DNA of 64,000 bases, taken from the NCBI RefSeq assembly GCF_037042905.1, contig NC_087254.1:32612001-32676000 (forward strand), given 5' to 3'. The notes under the pieces were generated by a model. That model saw nothing but the letters and a program-made list of their open reading frames with translations, was not told the origin of the DNA and made no database searches. This DNA is from Lytechinus pictus. Lineage: Eukaryota. Position numbers and translations under genes: made by a program. Below, in pieces: positions 13,791 to 41,019 of the stretch (positions within the stretch are counted from its first letter, which is position 1; every line of letters starts with the position of its first letter).

Positions 13791-16700
13791 ATGGCGGCTC
13801 TGCGTCTTATCGTCTGTGTAGTCCTTTTAAGCTTGGTCATCAGTCAGTCTACTAGCTATCCTGTTGGATCGTTGTTTGGGTGCTTCGGGTCCCCCCAAAC
13901 CGTCAATGAACTCGACGTCCCTGCTTACTTAGGACGATGGTACCAGGTAAAAAATATAAAATAGTATCCTTACGATAATAACGTTAATAAGATTTCAGGA
14001 TAAGACTATATACTATTTAAAACAATTGGTAAAAATAACCAATTAATGCTTGAGTTAATATGTGTCCGACCGATAAAAGTGGTCAATTAATCAACCATTG
14101 GTAAGAATCGACCAGAATTTCGGTTGATTTTGACCATTTGTTCAAATAGATACATTCATGAACATATTGGTTACTCCGACCAATCTTTTTTTCCCTTTCT
14201 TGTTCTATTTCCTCGACTTAAAAAGGAAAGTAGACCCTGCATGACTATATAGTTCTATCCAAATCATATGCCAAACCATGCCCTTATACAACCAAATTGA
14301 AATGCAAGTCCCGACTTTGCAGGAAACTTTCAAGATTAATTCCTTTTCAATTTATTTTTTATATTCAAAGAAGCTAGATTTTTTAGGATGGGGTACTAAT
14401 TGAGTAAAAATAATGAAAGATATGACTGAAAATATATACTTTATTTCTGTAACTGGCTTACAACTGCATGGTTAAAAGATATTTCTTTTTTAAATGATTA
14501 GTTTTTTGTTATAAGCGTGGAAATCATATTGGTGTATATTTATTTTGTTTATCATGGACAGGTTTACACCGATCTTGTAGTGAATGTTACTTTTGAACGG
14601 AACGCACAATGTGTGACAGCCGATTGTAAGTATAGAGTCAGTTTAATAAAGCTGTTCGTAAGTTACGGACTATTTTTTTAGGAAAGACTGCATGGTGATT
14701 CTATCTAAAGAAAAAAATATGTATGCCCCCTCTCCCAAAAATACAAATGAAAATATTCAAATCAAGATAATCATGAATGTACATGCAGAATAGCAACAGC
14801 TACATCTGTTGTCAGGATATTCGCTGTGCGTTTTTGTTTTAAATATTTATTATTGTTATACCGAAATGATTTGGTGCTTTGTGATAAGGATGCTTCAAAT
14901 TGACACAAAACCATTATTAACCAGATAATGTATTTATCGGAATGTTGTACTTAAGATGATGATTATTACTAAAACCGCGGTTTTATTATGGTGCACACTT
15001 TATGTAGCAATTTCCTTTCGATAGCCTAATTATCAAGATCTATTGTTAATTTCGGATGACCTTGCACAAACACTTTCTTTTACAATGTCCACTGGATGCA
15101 GCATTATACAGGGACCACGGAAACGTGGGCGCTGAGAGGAATTAGCCCCCACTTTTTCAAAAATATGCACAAAAACGCACGTATTGAGATTTTTGTTTGT
15201 TTGCATGGTCAGTCCCCTCCCCTCTTTAAAACCCTACGGCCCCTGCTATATAATTCATTTATTTTTCTATATCTACATATACCTGAAGTAATTTACATAT
15301 TCGTTAGTTCACTCTCGATCTATCTATTAATTGATTTTATCAATGTACTTTTATATTTAATTGTTCATCACCTACTTTTTGATTTATCCTTTATCCATTC
15401 ATTTACTTGCTTACTATAGTAAATTAGTTATTTGTGTGTTAACCCATTGGCTAATGAAATCCGTAATTTCTATAGGCATTTGTATAGGATCTATGTGGTT
15501 CCAGTAGGCAGGGGGTTAATAATTTTTATCTACTTCTTTATCAATGTACTTATATTATAGATGGCTTGAATCCCGATGGGAGTATATCCGTGTTTAATGC
15601 GAACACTGTAGGCACACCAGATGGAAGGTTTAATACCATTTCGGGAAAAGCTACTGTTCCCGATGCATCCGAACCGGGACAACTCGTCGTAGAATTCCCG
15701 GGAGTCCCGGCACCAGGAGAATGTAAGCGTTTTGTTACATTCTCACTGGTTTTTTTCTATTGTATAAAATATTTCCTATTTCATTTTCCTCCAAAACTGT
15801 ATAGAATTTGGTATGATCAACATCATGAAGATTATTGAGATTTGTTCACGATCTCTCCTTTTTTAATATATCTATAAAATTTGATATTTCTGATATATAT
15901 TAATAAACATTGTGTGTGTGCAATGATATCATAAACTTCCTTATTTGTATACTATAAGGATAAGCACAATTATTTTGTGTAAAAAAACAAGCAAAATTGA
16001 AAAAAAATAACTTTCTCACTTTAAATCAGATTTTAATGACGAGTTGTAATATTATGGTTTTTTTTATTGTCTTCTACATTATTTCAAAACAACTTGCTGC
16101 GCGTGGAGAGTTTGCGAAAAGAATACAGATTTACTAATAGTTTTACTCCCCATGTCTTTTCCTGTCTTCAGTTAGGACCAAAGACGTTAACATATAGGAC
16201 ATAATTATGCTAATGCTCATGTAGGCCATAATTTCATTGACGTTTCGACACTGTAAAAACGCTGTTTTAGAGTTTTAGCCTATCACTCTAACTACTATTG
16301 TTAAAACTTTTAAATAATTGTTAAAATATTTAACAGCTTGTTTCATGCTTTTAACAACAGTACTAATCAATAGTTTGAATGTTTTTTAAAGTTTAAACTT
16401 GGGTTTAACAGTTTTAACAATAGTTGCTAGACTGACGTCGAGCTTAAACACGCGTTTACAATATTAAACATCGTTTTCATACAGTGTAATAACACTTGTA
16501 ATACACCGTGGTAAATTAATGATTCTCATTCGCTATTGATCTGTTCATTAATGTTGACAATTAATGCAAGTAATAATTTGTATTTCCCCCAACAGACTGG
16601 GTATTGAAGCTTGGCCCTATAGTCGATGGCAAGTACCAGTACGCGGTGGTGAGTGATTCGAGGAAGGTTACACTGTTCGTCCTGGCGAGGGATGCAGCAG

Positions 16701-16825
16701 CGTTCATGGGATCAGATGATAGGACAGAAGTTCTTGAATTCCTCCGAGATACCGGGTTCAGCTGCTTCTGGAACAAACCCCAAGAGACCTATCAGTCGGA
16801 CCAGTGCGAATATGTTCAACCTTAA
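13791..16825 (+). CDS. Apolipoprotein D-like lipocalin 1 (~203 aa, secreted, 4 exons)
   Basis: Exons 13791-13946, 14562-14625, 15561-15722 and 16596-16825 (612 nt, GT-AG). Signal peptide, lipocalin motif YLGRWYQ, CVTADY, YWVLKLG, YAVV, LFVLARD and a C-terminal Cys. Confidence 0.9.
16249..16486. mobile_element. CACTG-ended MITE family with TTTAAAC-rich interior (related copies at ~56925-57331 and ~57476-57665)
   Basis: CACTGTAAAAACG...TACAGTG termini. The internal tcactctaac / gttag motifs are shared with the copies near 57 kb. Confidence 0.5.
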
Positions 16826-19800
16826 TAGAACTGTTTGAAAGTTAGGGGGCGGAGAATAAACAGCGGACCAGTTCTAAGACTATTATAGTGGCTTAATAGC
16901 TATTCGAAAGGCTCTCAGCACCCACATAATAATTCTGCTGTTCATTTTTATGTGGATTATAATTATGAAATAAGACAATTTTTTAGAATCGTACATTTTA
17001 GCAGGACTTTGACATGATCAATGTAAAACACGATTCCTCTGAAAATCGTTATGTTTGGCTATGTTTACTCTGATTATGCTTATATTTCACGTCTTTAAGA
17101 GTTTCTAGTATACCTGAACATTATTGTGACATTTCAAAATGTCACATAAAAAAAGCAAATGTGCCTCATGAATTGCATACTGAAATAAAAGTATATGACT
17201 TGCAGTAGCATTAATTCATTCATTTTATTCTTATTTATGCCATTTATTTAAATTTTTGTTGAGGGCAGTTCGAGCCCCAAAACGCAATAAATCGTTATAC
17301 ATTAACGCATTCGTACAAATGACATATTGTGAGAGTCGTTTATTCTACATTACAAAGTCTATTGGTAAATAAAACGTATACAACACGCAATTGCAATCCG
17401 TATTCATGTGTAGGTTTAAAGGTTTCCTGATGTGGTATGATTTTTTTTATTGTATGTAATAATAAGTATTTATTAGAAAATATTGTAACATAATAAATCA
17501 ATTAAAAAAAAGAATTTGTTATATACGTATTGAGGGAAAAATTGAAAACAGGCCTTTCTCCTCCTTACCCCCCCCTAAAAAACTATGGGGGGGAGAGTGA
17601 AAACATTTATACGTTGAGCAAGCCGGAGACCTATTTTTTTTTTATGTATAGATGAATACACATCAGCGAAAGTCCACTCCCCCATTTGATTTTTTTCAAA
17701 CATGTTAGTGATTGTTTTACTTAATTGAATTAAGTTATTGTAACTTAATTTTCTTGAGTAAAATGGATACAAAGAAAATAAGTAAATTTTACTTAAAACT
17801 GCCAAACTCATAAATACTTTTTACCACAAGTTTATTGAGTAATTTTAACAATGTTTTTTTACAGTGTATAGCTGAGATCATGATATAAACAAACTGAAAA
17901 TTAATTCCGGTATGATTCTATTAATGATTGTACCTACCCAGTCGCGTTTCTTATTATGACTATTTTGCATTCTTATTCTCTCTATACTTTTCGTGATATA
18001 ATTGTATCAAAATTATGTTGCTAGAATGAAATAAAAACATTATAATACCGTCTATTGTTGTAATAAATCACAAAAGGAATCGGAGATGTTTATTTGTTGA
18101 ATTATTTGATGTTACGTAACGTCATTAGAGAGATACTGTCGTAATATTATTCGAATAGTCTCTGATATGGGTCCATTTCACACACCACCCAGGACATCAA
18201 TTATGATACATATCCAGCTATCAACATACTTATTCTTACCCCAGGGAAAACTGCATTTGAAAGGTTTTTCTCTCCTTAAAATGAAAGATGATCTGCAGTC
18301 ACTTTCATGTACTCAGATCATTTTCGAATTAGCGCTCATTATGTTTTATCTCATTTGCCTAACAACAGAAAAATGTTATTAATCATACCCTGACCTCTAG
18401 AGACCATCTTTACAATGTATAAACCTTAGAGAACACCACTTCCCTCGAATGTAAAATTCGATACAACAACCTACGGGAGAGGCCCCCCCCCCCCCCCCAT
18501 TCGACGGACAATATATCTCACGAAATTGCCACCAGTGATATACTAAGTATATTGTCTTGAAAACCGTACATTTTCGAGATGAAATCAAGTTGACAAAAGA
18601 ATGAGATATTTTTGTGAAAGTTTAGGAAAGTTTCAACATCTATAAAGGGTGTAAACATCATTGCCCATTTTAGCATAACGTTGTTACATTGGATAAATTT
18701 GAATGATACAATATCAGTAATAAATGGATAAACAAAAAAATAAATAAATAGATAAACAAATAGAATAAATGGATTATTTGATTAATGAATAAATAAATAT
18801 TTTTATCCTTCCTACTCTATATATATTATCAAAGACTCTTTAATTTTGCGAATGCATTTGTAATTCATCCTTCTAATGTGAAAATCCCTTCAAAAGCATC
18901 ATGGCAATATCATGGAATTGCCCTTTAGTTGAATGACTGCTGGATAATTTCTATTGCATAATTTATTGTGCGGGAATTGTGACCTATCTTGAGAAATGTT
19001 ATTCACCTACTGGGATATTAGTCTGTTTAAACAATTAAATATGATTTTCCTATTGAATTACCAATATAAGGACAGTTGCACCGACATGGCGGATATTTGT
19101 CCTGTGGAGCCTATATTTCCGATGCATGGTATTTCACCATCTATTGTATTATGGATACATTATGTACTATACATGTATAGGGCCAATCCTAGCAAACATT
19201 TTGCTCAGTCAACAAACACGGATCTTCTGGCTTGTATTGGCAAGAAAGATACATTTGACTTTGTGAATGATCTACAGTTTTATCAAGATTTCATTTGACC
19301 ATCAGGCCACGCAGGGCCCCTGTAACACGAACACAGGCAATCGATCAGGGTTGACTTTGCGTTCGACTATAAAATTTAATGATTAATTCGATTAATCTTA
19401 ACATCATGTTATAATTATTCGTTAAGTTTTGTGTAACAGGATCCTATAGAACTGTGTTTACTTTTCATTTAACCATCACGACCGATGATGCAACAAGGTA
19501 TGCTCTTGAGATAATTTTGTAAACAAAAGAGAGAGAGATAGAAATCAACCTTTTAACCACTGATCTCTCCCCTATCTGGATGGGAACAATAACGCTGATT
19601 GGCCTATTCCGTGTTGAAGCACCGGAAGTTGGTACATCTGCACCTCATGGAAAAGATTATTTGAATAGAGAGAAAAACCACACAATAATGCTGAAAATTT
19701 AATCAAAATCAGAAGTAAAATATGAAAGTTATGATATTTCAAAGTTTTACTTAAGCGATGAAGTTTTCGGTGTTATGCTTGTTTGATTTTTTTTTTTGGG

Positions 19801-20002
19801 GGGGGGGGGTGGTGGACTTAAATAAAAAGGGGTTTCAAGCCCATGCAGTGTTATAAGCCTGCATAACCTAGAAAGTCCTCGCCCTATCCCTAAGATGTTA
19901 TTTGGCAAACCTCCAAAATACCCCTAGACAATTAAGTCATCCATTCTTCCTTAGGCACCTTAAATATATGAAGTTTTGTATGAAAAGCAATACGAGCTTC
20001 AG

Positions 20003-20152
20003 CATTGGCGGCGGAAGCAAACAAATTTAGGGGGGGGGGCCACCTGAAATTTGTGGATGGACACAGGGAAAAAATTTGACAAGCCAAAAAAAAAAAAAAA
20101 AAAAAAGGTTATCAACCTAAATTTTAGGAGGGGATCGCGAAAATTTTTGACA

Positions 20153-20189
<37 letters not shown>

Positions 20190-20386
20190 TAATCAACCTA
20201 AATTTTAGGGGGGGGGGCCACAAACATTTCAGGGGGGGCCCAATTCAATTCAGGGGGGACGCAGGAAACAAAATTGACAAGCAAAAAAAAAAAAAAAAAG
20301 CCTTATCAACAAAAAATTTAGGGGGGGACCGTCCCCCCCACCTCAAATTTAGGGGGGGACAGGTCCCCCCGCTTCCGCCGCCTATG
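20003..20386. mobile_element. hAT-like MITE just upstream of ApoD-like gene 2
   Basis: TIRs CATTGGCGGCGGAAGC / GCTTCCGCCGCCTATG. Exact 8-bp TSD AGCTTCAG at 19995-20002 and 20387-20394. Confidence 0.85.
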
Positions 20387-20577
20387 AGCTTCAGTGTGCA
20401 GACAGCTATAGCGTATCGCTCACAATGCACATGCTAGTGGAGCGATCGCGTTCCTTTTGGGGGAACTGGTATGGCGGACAATAGAACTCGCGGGCTTCAA
20501 ACAAAGGACCCTCCCCGCATATCCAGTTAGTGGAGAGATCAGTGCTTTTAACAGCAGAGCTCATCAAAACGTTCAAG

Positions 20578-23500
20578 ATGGCGTCTAGATATGGTGTTAT
20601 GTTCCTGCTCGCTTTCTTGCTTGGAGTATCTTTCAACTCTGTAGAGGGTCGACCAATCTTTCCCAATATAAAGACAGTGACTAATCTCAACATTGACAAT
20701 TATGTCGGAAGGTGGTACGAGGTAATTATTATCATTCACCTCACAAACTATTTGATACAACTTATCTATCGATTTACTAATAAACTTTGCATAAATTATA
20801 GATTTAAAAGTTACAACAAAGTGATGGAGGTCTATCAGAAGATAGGCTATACAATTTGCAAAAAAATTGACGATAGTGAAGGATGCACTGTCAATATTTT
20901 ATACAAATCATTGTATATGAAATATATATTTGAGGTTTTACATGTAAGATTGTTGAGTTATAGAAATAGTTGTCAAGAACAAGTCATGAAAAAACAGGTG
21001 AAAAGTATTTTTTAAAGGACAATGAGATGGCATAATTTAGAAGGAGAAACGGAACAAAATGGATGGGGAAAAGGACATATTCGGAAAAGAAAAGGCATAA
21101 AAAGAAATGCTCTACAAATATCACTATCCTCAAGAATATGGTATAGCGGCTTATACGTTTTGCGGAAACCCCTTAAAAATCAAATTTCAGTTAGCACCCA
21201 TACATAAACCAGGCAAGGAAAGCACTATCAGTGAACAATTTAAAATAAAATCTAATTTATTTAATAAGCATATCAAGAGTTCTCACATAGCAATGTATAA
21301 TAATGTCGTTGAATAGCTTTTACGATCAAATTTTTTTTTTTTTAATATCATAATTATGTAGATGTACTCTGACCTTGTAGTGAAGGCCACATTTGAAAGG
21401 AATTCATATTGCACAACAGCCACATGTAAGTATAAAAATATAATGGTTTAAATCATACTCGCAAATGGCAAGGTAAACCTATACTTTTTCTCAAAATTTT
21501 TAAGTTCCCCTATTGAGCCAACCACCACACAACATACGACGCTCAATATCAAAAGATTTCGTTACTTTTGCATGCTTCTGTTTTATGTTTTTTTTAAATA
21601 ATTTTCTTGTAGCTTTCGGCCATCTAACGAAATTTTGCCTTTCGGTCACAACTTCTTTCTTGAATGTTATAGGCCTATATGCATAAATATTTATTTCACA
21701 TTTATCAAACAGTCAATGTCTAAACGAACCCCTCACTAATATAGTTCCATCCTTTCTGCAGTCTGTCTGTCTATGTTATGTGTCTGGCAAAAGGAAGAAA
21801 ACTATTGAAACGATCCTATATTTTTCATTTATTCTGATTTTATGTTCCGCGTACAAAGAATCTTGCTATATATATGATTGCTTAAAAATCAATCACTGTC
21901 TTGACAATAGTATTCCCCCATCATTCATCGCTCACGGTGATGCAATTCGTGTGTTCGTTGATCACTTTAGCCCCAAGAGTCATAACGCTTTGTGAATGAA
22001 TTTTAGTACGCTTGAAATACATTGCCGCCCCCCCCCCATTTGTGGTTTGGATATTTTTTTTTCAATTACGTGAATGACCACGTAAGCTTCATTTGTTAAA
22101 CCACAAATGAACTTGATTTATTTCCGCATATAAGATGGAGGTCATTCTATTGGTTTCTTTACATATTATGTTTGGACATTTTGAGTTAGTTCAAATCTAC
22201 CAAAGACATGATAACATAAATACCAGTTACGTAATGAGTCCCGCCCCCCCCCCTAAAAAAAAAAAACAAGGGGCGCAACATGGCATGTGAGGTAAAATCT
22301 AAATGTATGATATTTGTTATAATATTTCATTTCCATTTTTTTTTATGAAGATGGGAAAATTAACGATACTGCTGTGACAGTTTTCAATTCTGGTCGCCTT
22401 GGTTCTCCAACTGGCCAGCCATCTGAGATACGTGGCATGGCATATGTTGCTGACGCAGCTGAACCCGGTCAACTCAAGTTGAAGTTCCCTAATATACCTC
22501 TTGGAGATTGTAAGTTGGTATATATGCCTAACTTCAAGGTTATAGTATATTGCTTATTCATAAGGCCTAAGTTTCATTTAAAAAATCATATCATATGATT
22601 TGTTACATCATTACAAATGTAATTGAAAAAGGAAACTACAGACTTCGGGGGCAAGTGCCCCCTTCCAATCGGTAATTGAAGGGAAAAGAAAGTGGTAAAG
22701 GAGGAGAAAGGGATAAATAGAAAGAAACCTACTAGGAAGGGGGAATTATATTTTATGCAAACGCGCGTGTACATAGAAATTCGATGACAGGACGTAAAAT
22801 TGTTTTGTTAAAAAATGAAACTTGTCAATGATAGTAGTAGTAGACTAGTAGCAGTANNNNNNNNNNNNNNNNNNNNNNNNNNNNNNNNNNNNNNNNNNNN
22901 NNNNNNNNNNNNNNNNNNNNNNNNNNNNNNNNNNNNNNNNNNNNNNNNNNNNNNNNNNNNNNNNNNNNNNNNNNNNNNNNNNNNNNNNNNNNNNNNNNNN
23001 NNNNNNNNNNNNNNNNNNNNNNNNNNNNNNNNNNNAGTAATATTAGTAATAGTAGTAGTAGTAGTNNNNNNNNNNNNNNNNNNNNNNNNNNNNNNNNNNN
23101 NNNNNNNNNNNNNNNNNNNNNNNNNNNNNNNNNNNNNNNNNNNNNNNNNNNNNNNNNNNNNNNNNNNNNNNNNNNNNNNNNNNNNNNNNNNNNNNNNNNN
23201 NNNNNNNNNNNNNNNNNNNNNNNNNNNNNNNNNNNNNNNNNNNNNNNNNNNNNNNNNNNNNNNNNNNNNNNNNNNNNNNNNNNNNCCTTTATGATCGCAT
23301 TGTGTTTATAGACAGTTGGAGACGGTGGTTTCCTAGGCAACAGCCTACATATTTGTCTTATTTCCCTATAATCCTGAATTCCTCCGATCTCTTTTCAGAT
23401 TGGGTAATCGCACTGGGCCCAGTGGAGGACAACAAATACCAGTACGCGGTGGTGACCGAGCCTTTGATGCTACAGTTATTCATTCTCGCCCGAGACCCTG

Positions 23501-23646
23501 ACGAGTTCCGCCAGAAATACGAGGATGAAGTCCTCGACATTGTGAAGGATGCAGGGTTTACAAAATTCTACAACGAACCCAGAAAGACCGTGCAAGTACC
23601 CGACTGCATTTACCCGCCATCGAGCAAATTCGTTTATGAAAATTAA
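20578..23646 (+). CDS. Apolipoprotein D-like lipocalin 2 (~204 aa, secreted, 4 exons)
   Basis: Exons 20578-20721, 21362-21425, 22351-22509 and 23399-23646 (615 nt, GT-AG). Signal peptide, YVGRWYE, CTTATY, YWVIALG, YQYAVV and LFILARD. Same exon phases as copy 1. Confidence 0.9.
22835..23285. other. Assembly gaps / masked N runs embedded in an (AGT)n microsatellite
   Basis: N runs at 22857-23035 and 23066-23285, bordered by agtagtagt sequence, within intron 3 of ApoD-like 2. Confidence 0.9.
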
Positions 23647-26600
23647 TTCAATTGTCATACTTAGATGGAGATTACAACTGGAGAACATTTTTGTTACTGG
23701 TTGATATCTCATCATCATCACTACCATGATTTTATGGGCAATATTTCCAGGAATATTTTAGTCGTTTCATCAGTTGGACGATTGAGAGTGCCGAGAAAAT
23801 AGCATTGTAATCGGATTGTTAAGAATATAATTGTCTTTGTAAGTCTATTTTGGTTGTGCAGAGAGGGTATCTTATTCTTGTGTTGAGATCAAAAGTTTAA
23901 TAATTTGTTATTTTCAACCAACACAGATGAACTTTCATGAATGTATCTTATTTTTGTATTAATTTATATAGTACAATGCGGGGTACAATGTCAGAATCCA
24001 GTGAACGCAAAATCCATAATTTGGGGTATCTACGCCCTTCATACTATTTTGTTTCAATGGGACATATTCTTATATCTATCCACAACTGAACTCCCCGTCG
24101 TTTTTTTTTTCACAACAGGCAAAATGCCATTGATATATAGTTTTTTTGTTTTTGTTTTTTTTTACATTAGTTAACCTTTGATAATTTTCCCACTTGACAG
24201 TTTTAATGCATTAATATATTGCTGCCTTATTTAGATTTAAACCTAGAGCAGTTGACAATTAAAGACGAAACAACACAATGGTTTTTATCTAGGTTCTTAA
24301 TCTGTAATCGTTACTTCCCTTTGATGTTTCTAATAAATATGTATGAAATTATTACCAAACCAAGTCAAGAGCATCGTCATGATTGTAAGCTATGACCCTT
24401 TCACAGTATTGTATTTTCCTATTGCATCATTATAGGTGTTATGAACGAAGAGTATGGTAGCTCTCTAAAGTTTGATCAACTTTGGTCTTTGTGTGATTCC
24501 TGTAGATGGGGGAGGGGCTAAAACATGTGTAAAACTTGTGAAGTCAAAAACGTCTAACCTCCCTCCCCCCAAGACATCTACATCAATCAATCCTACAATC
24601 AAAGATGCTTGAAGCTTATAGCAGACCATGTACAAAATTTGCAATCAATTGTAAATATCAATTACATCTGTAATGTTACAGGGTCCTTTGATCTAACCCT
24701 CTTGATCAAACAAAATGTGCCATTCCTTTATTTTTGTCATACACTAGATCGACTAGAACACATCTATTTTCATCTCTTCCTTTGCTTGCTTCAATATCTT
24801 TGTTGAAACTTGAGTTGTGTTTTCTTTAAGTAAAGTTGCTAAATAATAATTTAAAGGCATGCTATTTAAGGATTAAAAACTCTCCATTCGCCTCCTTTCA
24901 CTTTCTCTTCTCTCCGTCTCATTCTCTCGTTTTTTTTTCTCTCTCTCTCTCTCTGTGCAGTGCTATCAACCCAGACTGATAAAGATACCACAAAGTCTAT
25001 TATGTGCATTTACAACTTTCTGGACTCTTTCATAAATTGCCTAGGAGGATTCTAAGCTGAATAACAAAAAACTGCAAAATTTCATTCTTCTACAACACAG
25101 AATATTTATAACTCTGAAAATATATGTTCATTCCATGTATGCTTTTATTTACAGCACTTTTTACAGGCCATGGTAACTGATCTTTATTCAATATATTATT
25201 AAATAATGTAACCTCTTCAATATCGATTCATGGAATAATTGAAAATGATATACCAATAACTTCTTGTTCTTTTACATTTTCTATCATGATTTTATTTGTA
25301 TGTTGTTCTCAAATTTAGGATTTGTGGAGAACCCTACGTTCAATGGAGCTGGCATTTCATAATGGAATGTTATCAATACATATAGTATACATGCATAAAA
25401 ATAATCAGGGCCGGTATTCAATACTTGGATTTATAAAATTACATGCATTTACCTAGTAAGAAAAAACTTGAATCAAATTCAATTCATACCTACAGTAGCA
25501 TTATATTTAAATAGGCTGAATTCAAGAAAAATCTCACTGAACAGCAATTTGACATCATATTGTCATTCCCAAATAATGCGTAAGTAAACTGCTGCATCAA
25601 AATGGCTATAATTCTGCAACACTCAGGATGCATAAGACCAACATTCTTACATTGGCTTTACTCTCATTGATACATATAGCTGTCTTAAATCAAAGGTGAA
25701 ATAATTATCTTAATTCATCATTCGAACATAAAATTTGCTAAGTATTTTATCAAAGTAAGTTCCTCAGTAAAAAGTAAAGAACTAAATTTCTACCTGAAGT
25801 CATGAATTGAATAAAGGTCTGGCAGAGCTACAATTTTAGTTACAAATTTTAAATAGGATTCTGTAATGCATTTGATGATTTTCATTGTATTTGTAATTCA
25901 AATCCTTTTGCCTGAAAACCTGAATTTTATGTGAAATTTTCTGTTTTACGTATCACAGAAAACAGGGGACTCTTTTCTAAGCCATAGCGGGTACATGTAA
26001 TACAACTGCACCAGTACATACACTGGTAAAATATGGGTAAAGATAAATAACATGCATATATATATATGAGCTGTACATAAATTAATTTGATATTATCTAC
26101 CAATCTAATACATATATACACTATTTTAAAGCCCACATCTTCACCTTACATTCAGAATTTATACTCTCTTCATTTGGGTAAAAAGCAGATAATGTCCTCT
26201 CAGCCTCTGAGTTGCAGACCAGTTAAGAATTAAATTCCATTGGCAATCATAAGGATTCAACAGCCTAAATTTACAAAGATGTTATGAATGGTTTGAAAAC
26301 ATACAGATTTCATGCATCAATAATACTTGATAATGCATATATTGATGAAGTGTCTGATAGTGATTGCATGCTTTTATAACATGGAGCTAAATTGATCAAA
26401 CCTATCTACTGAACCAATGAGCCTGTATATCAATCAAAAAGTGGACTCATTAATAATGTATTTAGTAACAAGCGCCAATTTAGCATCCTGTCTCAAAAGC
26501 ATGCATTCATTATTCTTTCTCAATAAACGTGCTGAATTAAAAGCATAAAATCTGCATAAACCATAGTTTCAAACAACAGATTCGAAACCATCATTGTGAT

Positions 26601-26818
26601 TTTGAACCATTGTGAAATATCTGTAAAATTGGATGGCAAAGTATCGCAAAAACTGAACCAAACTGCTGGCAAATCAAACAGCAAGATTTTGGTGTGCTGT
26701 CATCAGATCACATGACGAGCAGTAATCATCTCTCTCATTCAACTCGACTTCAGACTGGTTGAAGAGCAATGAGATCATAAGATGTATATATGGTAGGCTA
26801 TAAAAAAAAGGGGAGGTC

Positions 26819-40912
<14,094 letters not shown>

Positions 40913-41019
40913 GGTGCTTCCCCCTTTTTATTTCAGGCTGATTGTAGTTTTTTTCTTCTAATTCTCTTTAATCGCATTACTTTTTGTCGCAAGAGAGGGC
41001 GACATACCGGTATCTGAAC

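Noticed and set aside
19999-20437. Lys-rich / Phe-rich ORFs
   Set aside because: Homopolymer tracts within a MITE.
22815-23340. ORFs spanning N runs
   Set aside because: Artefacts of undetermined sequence.
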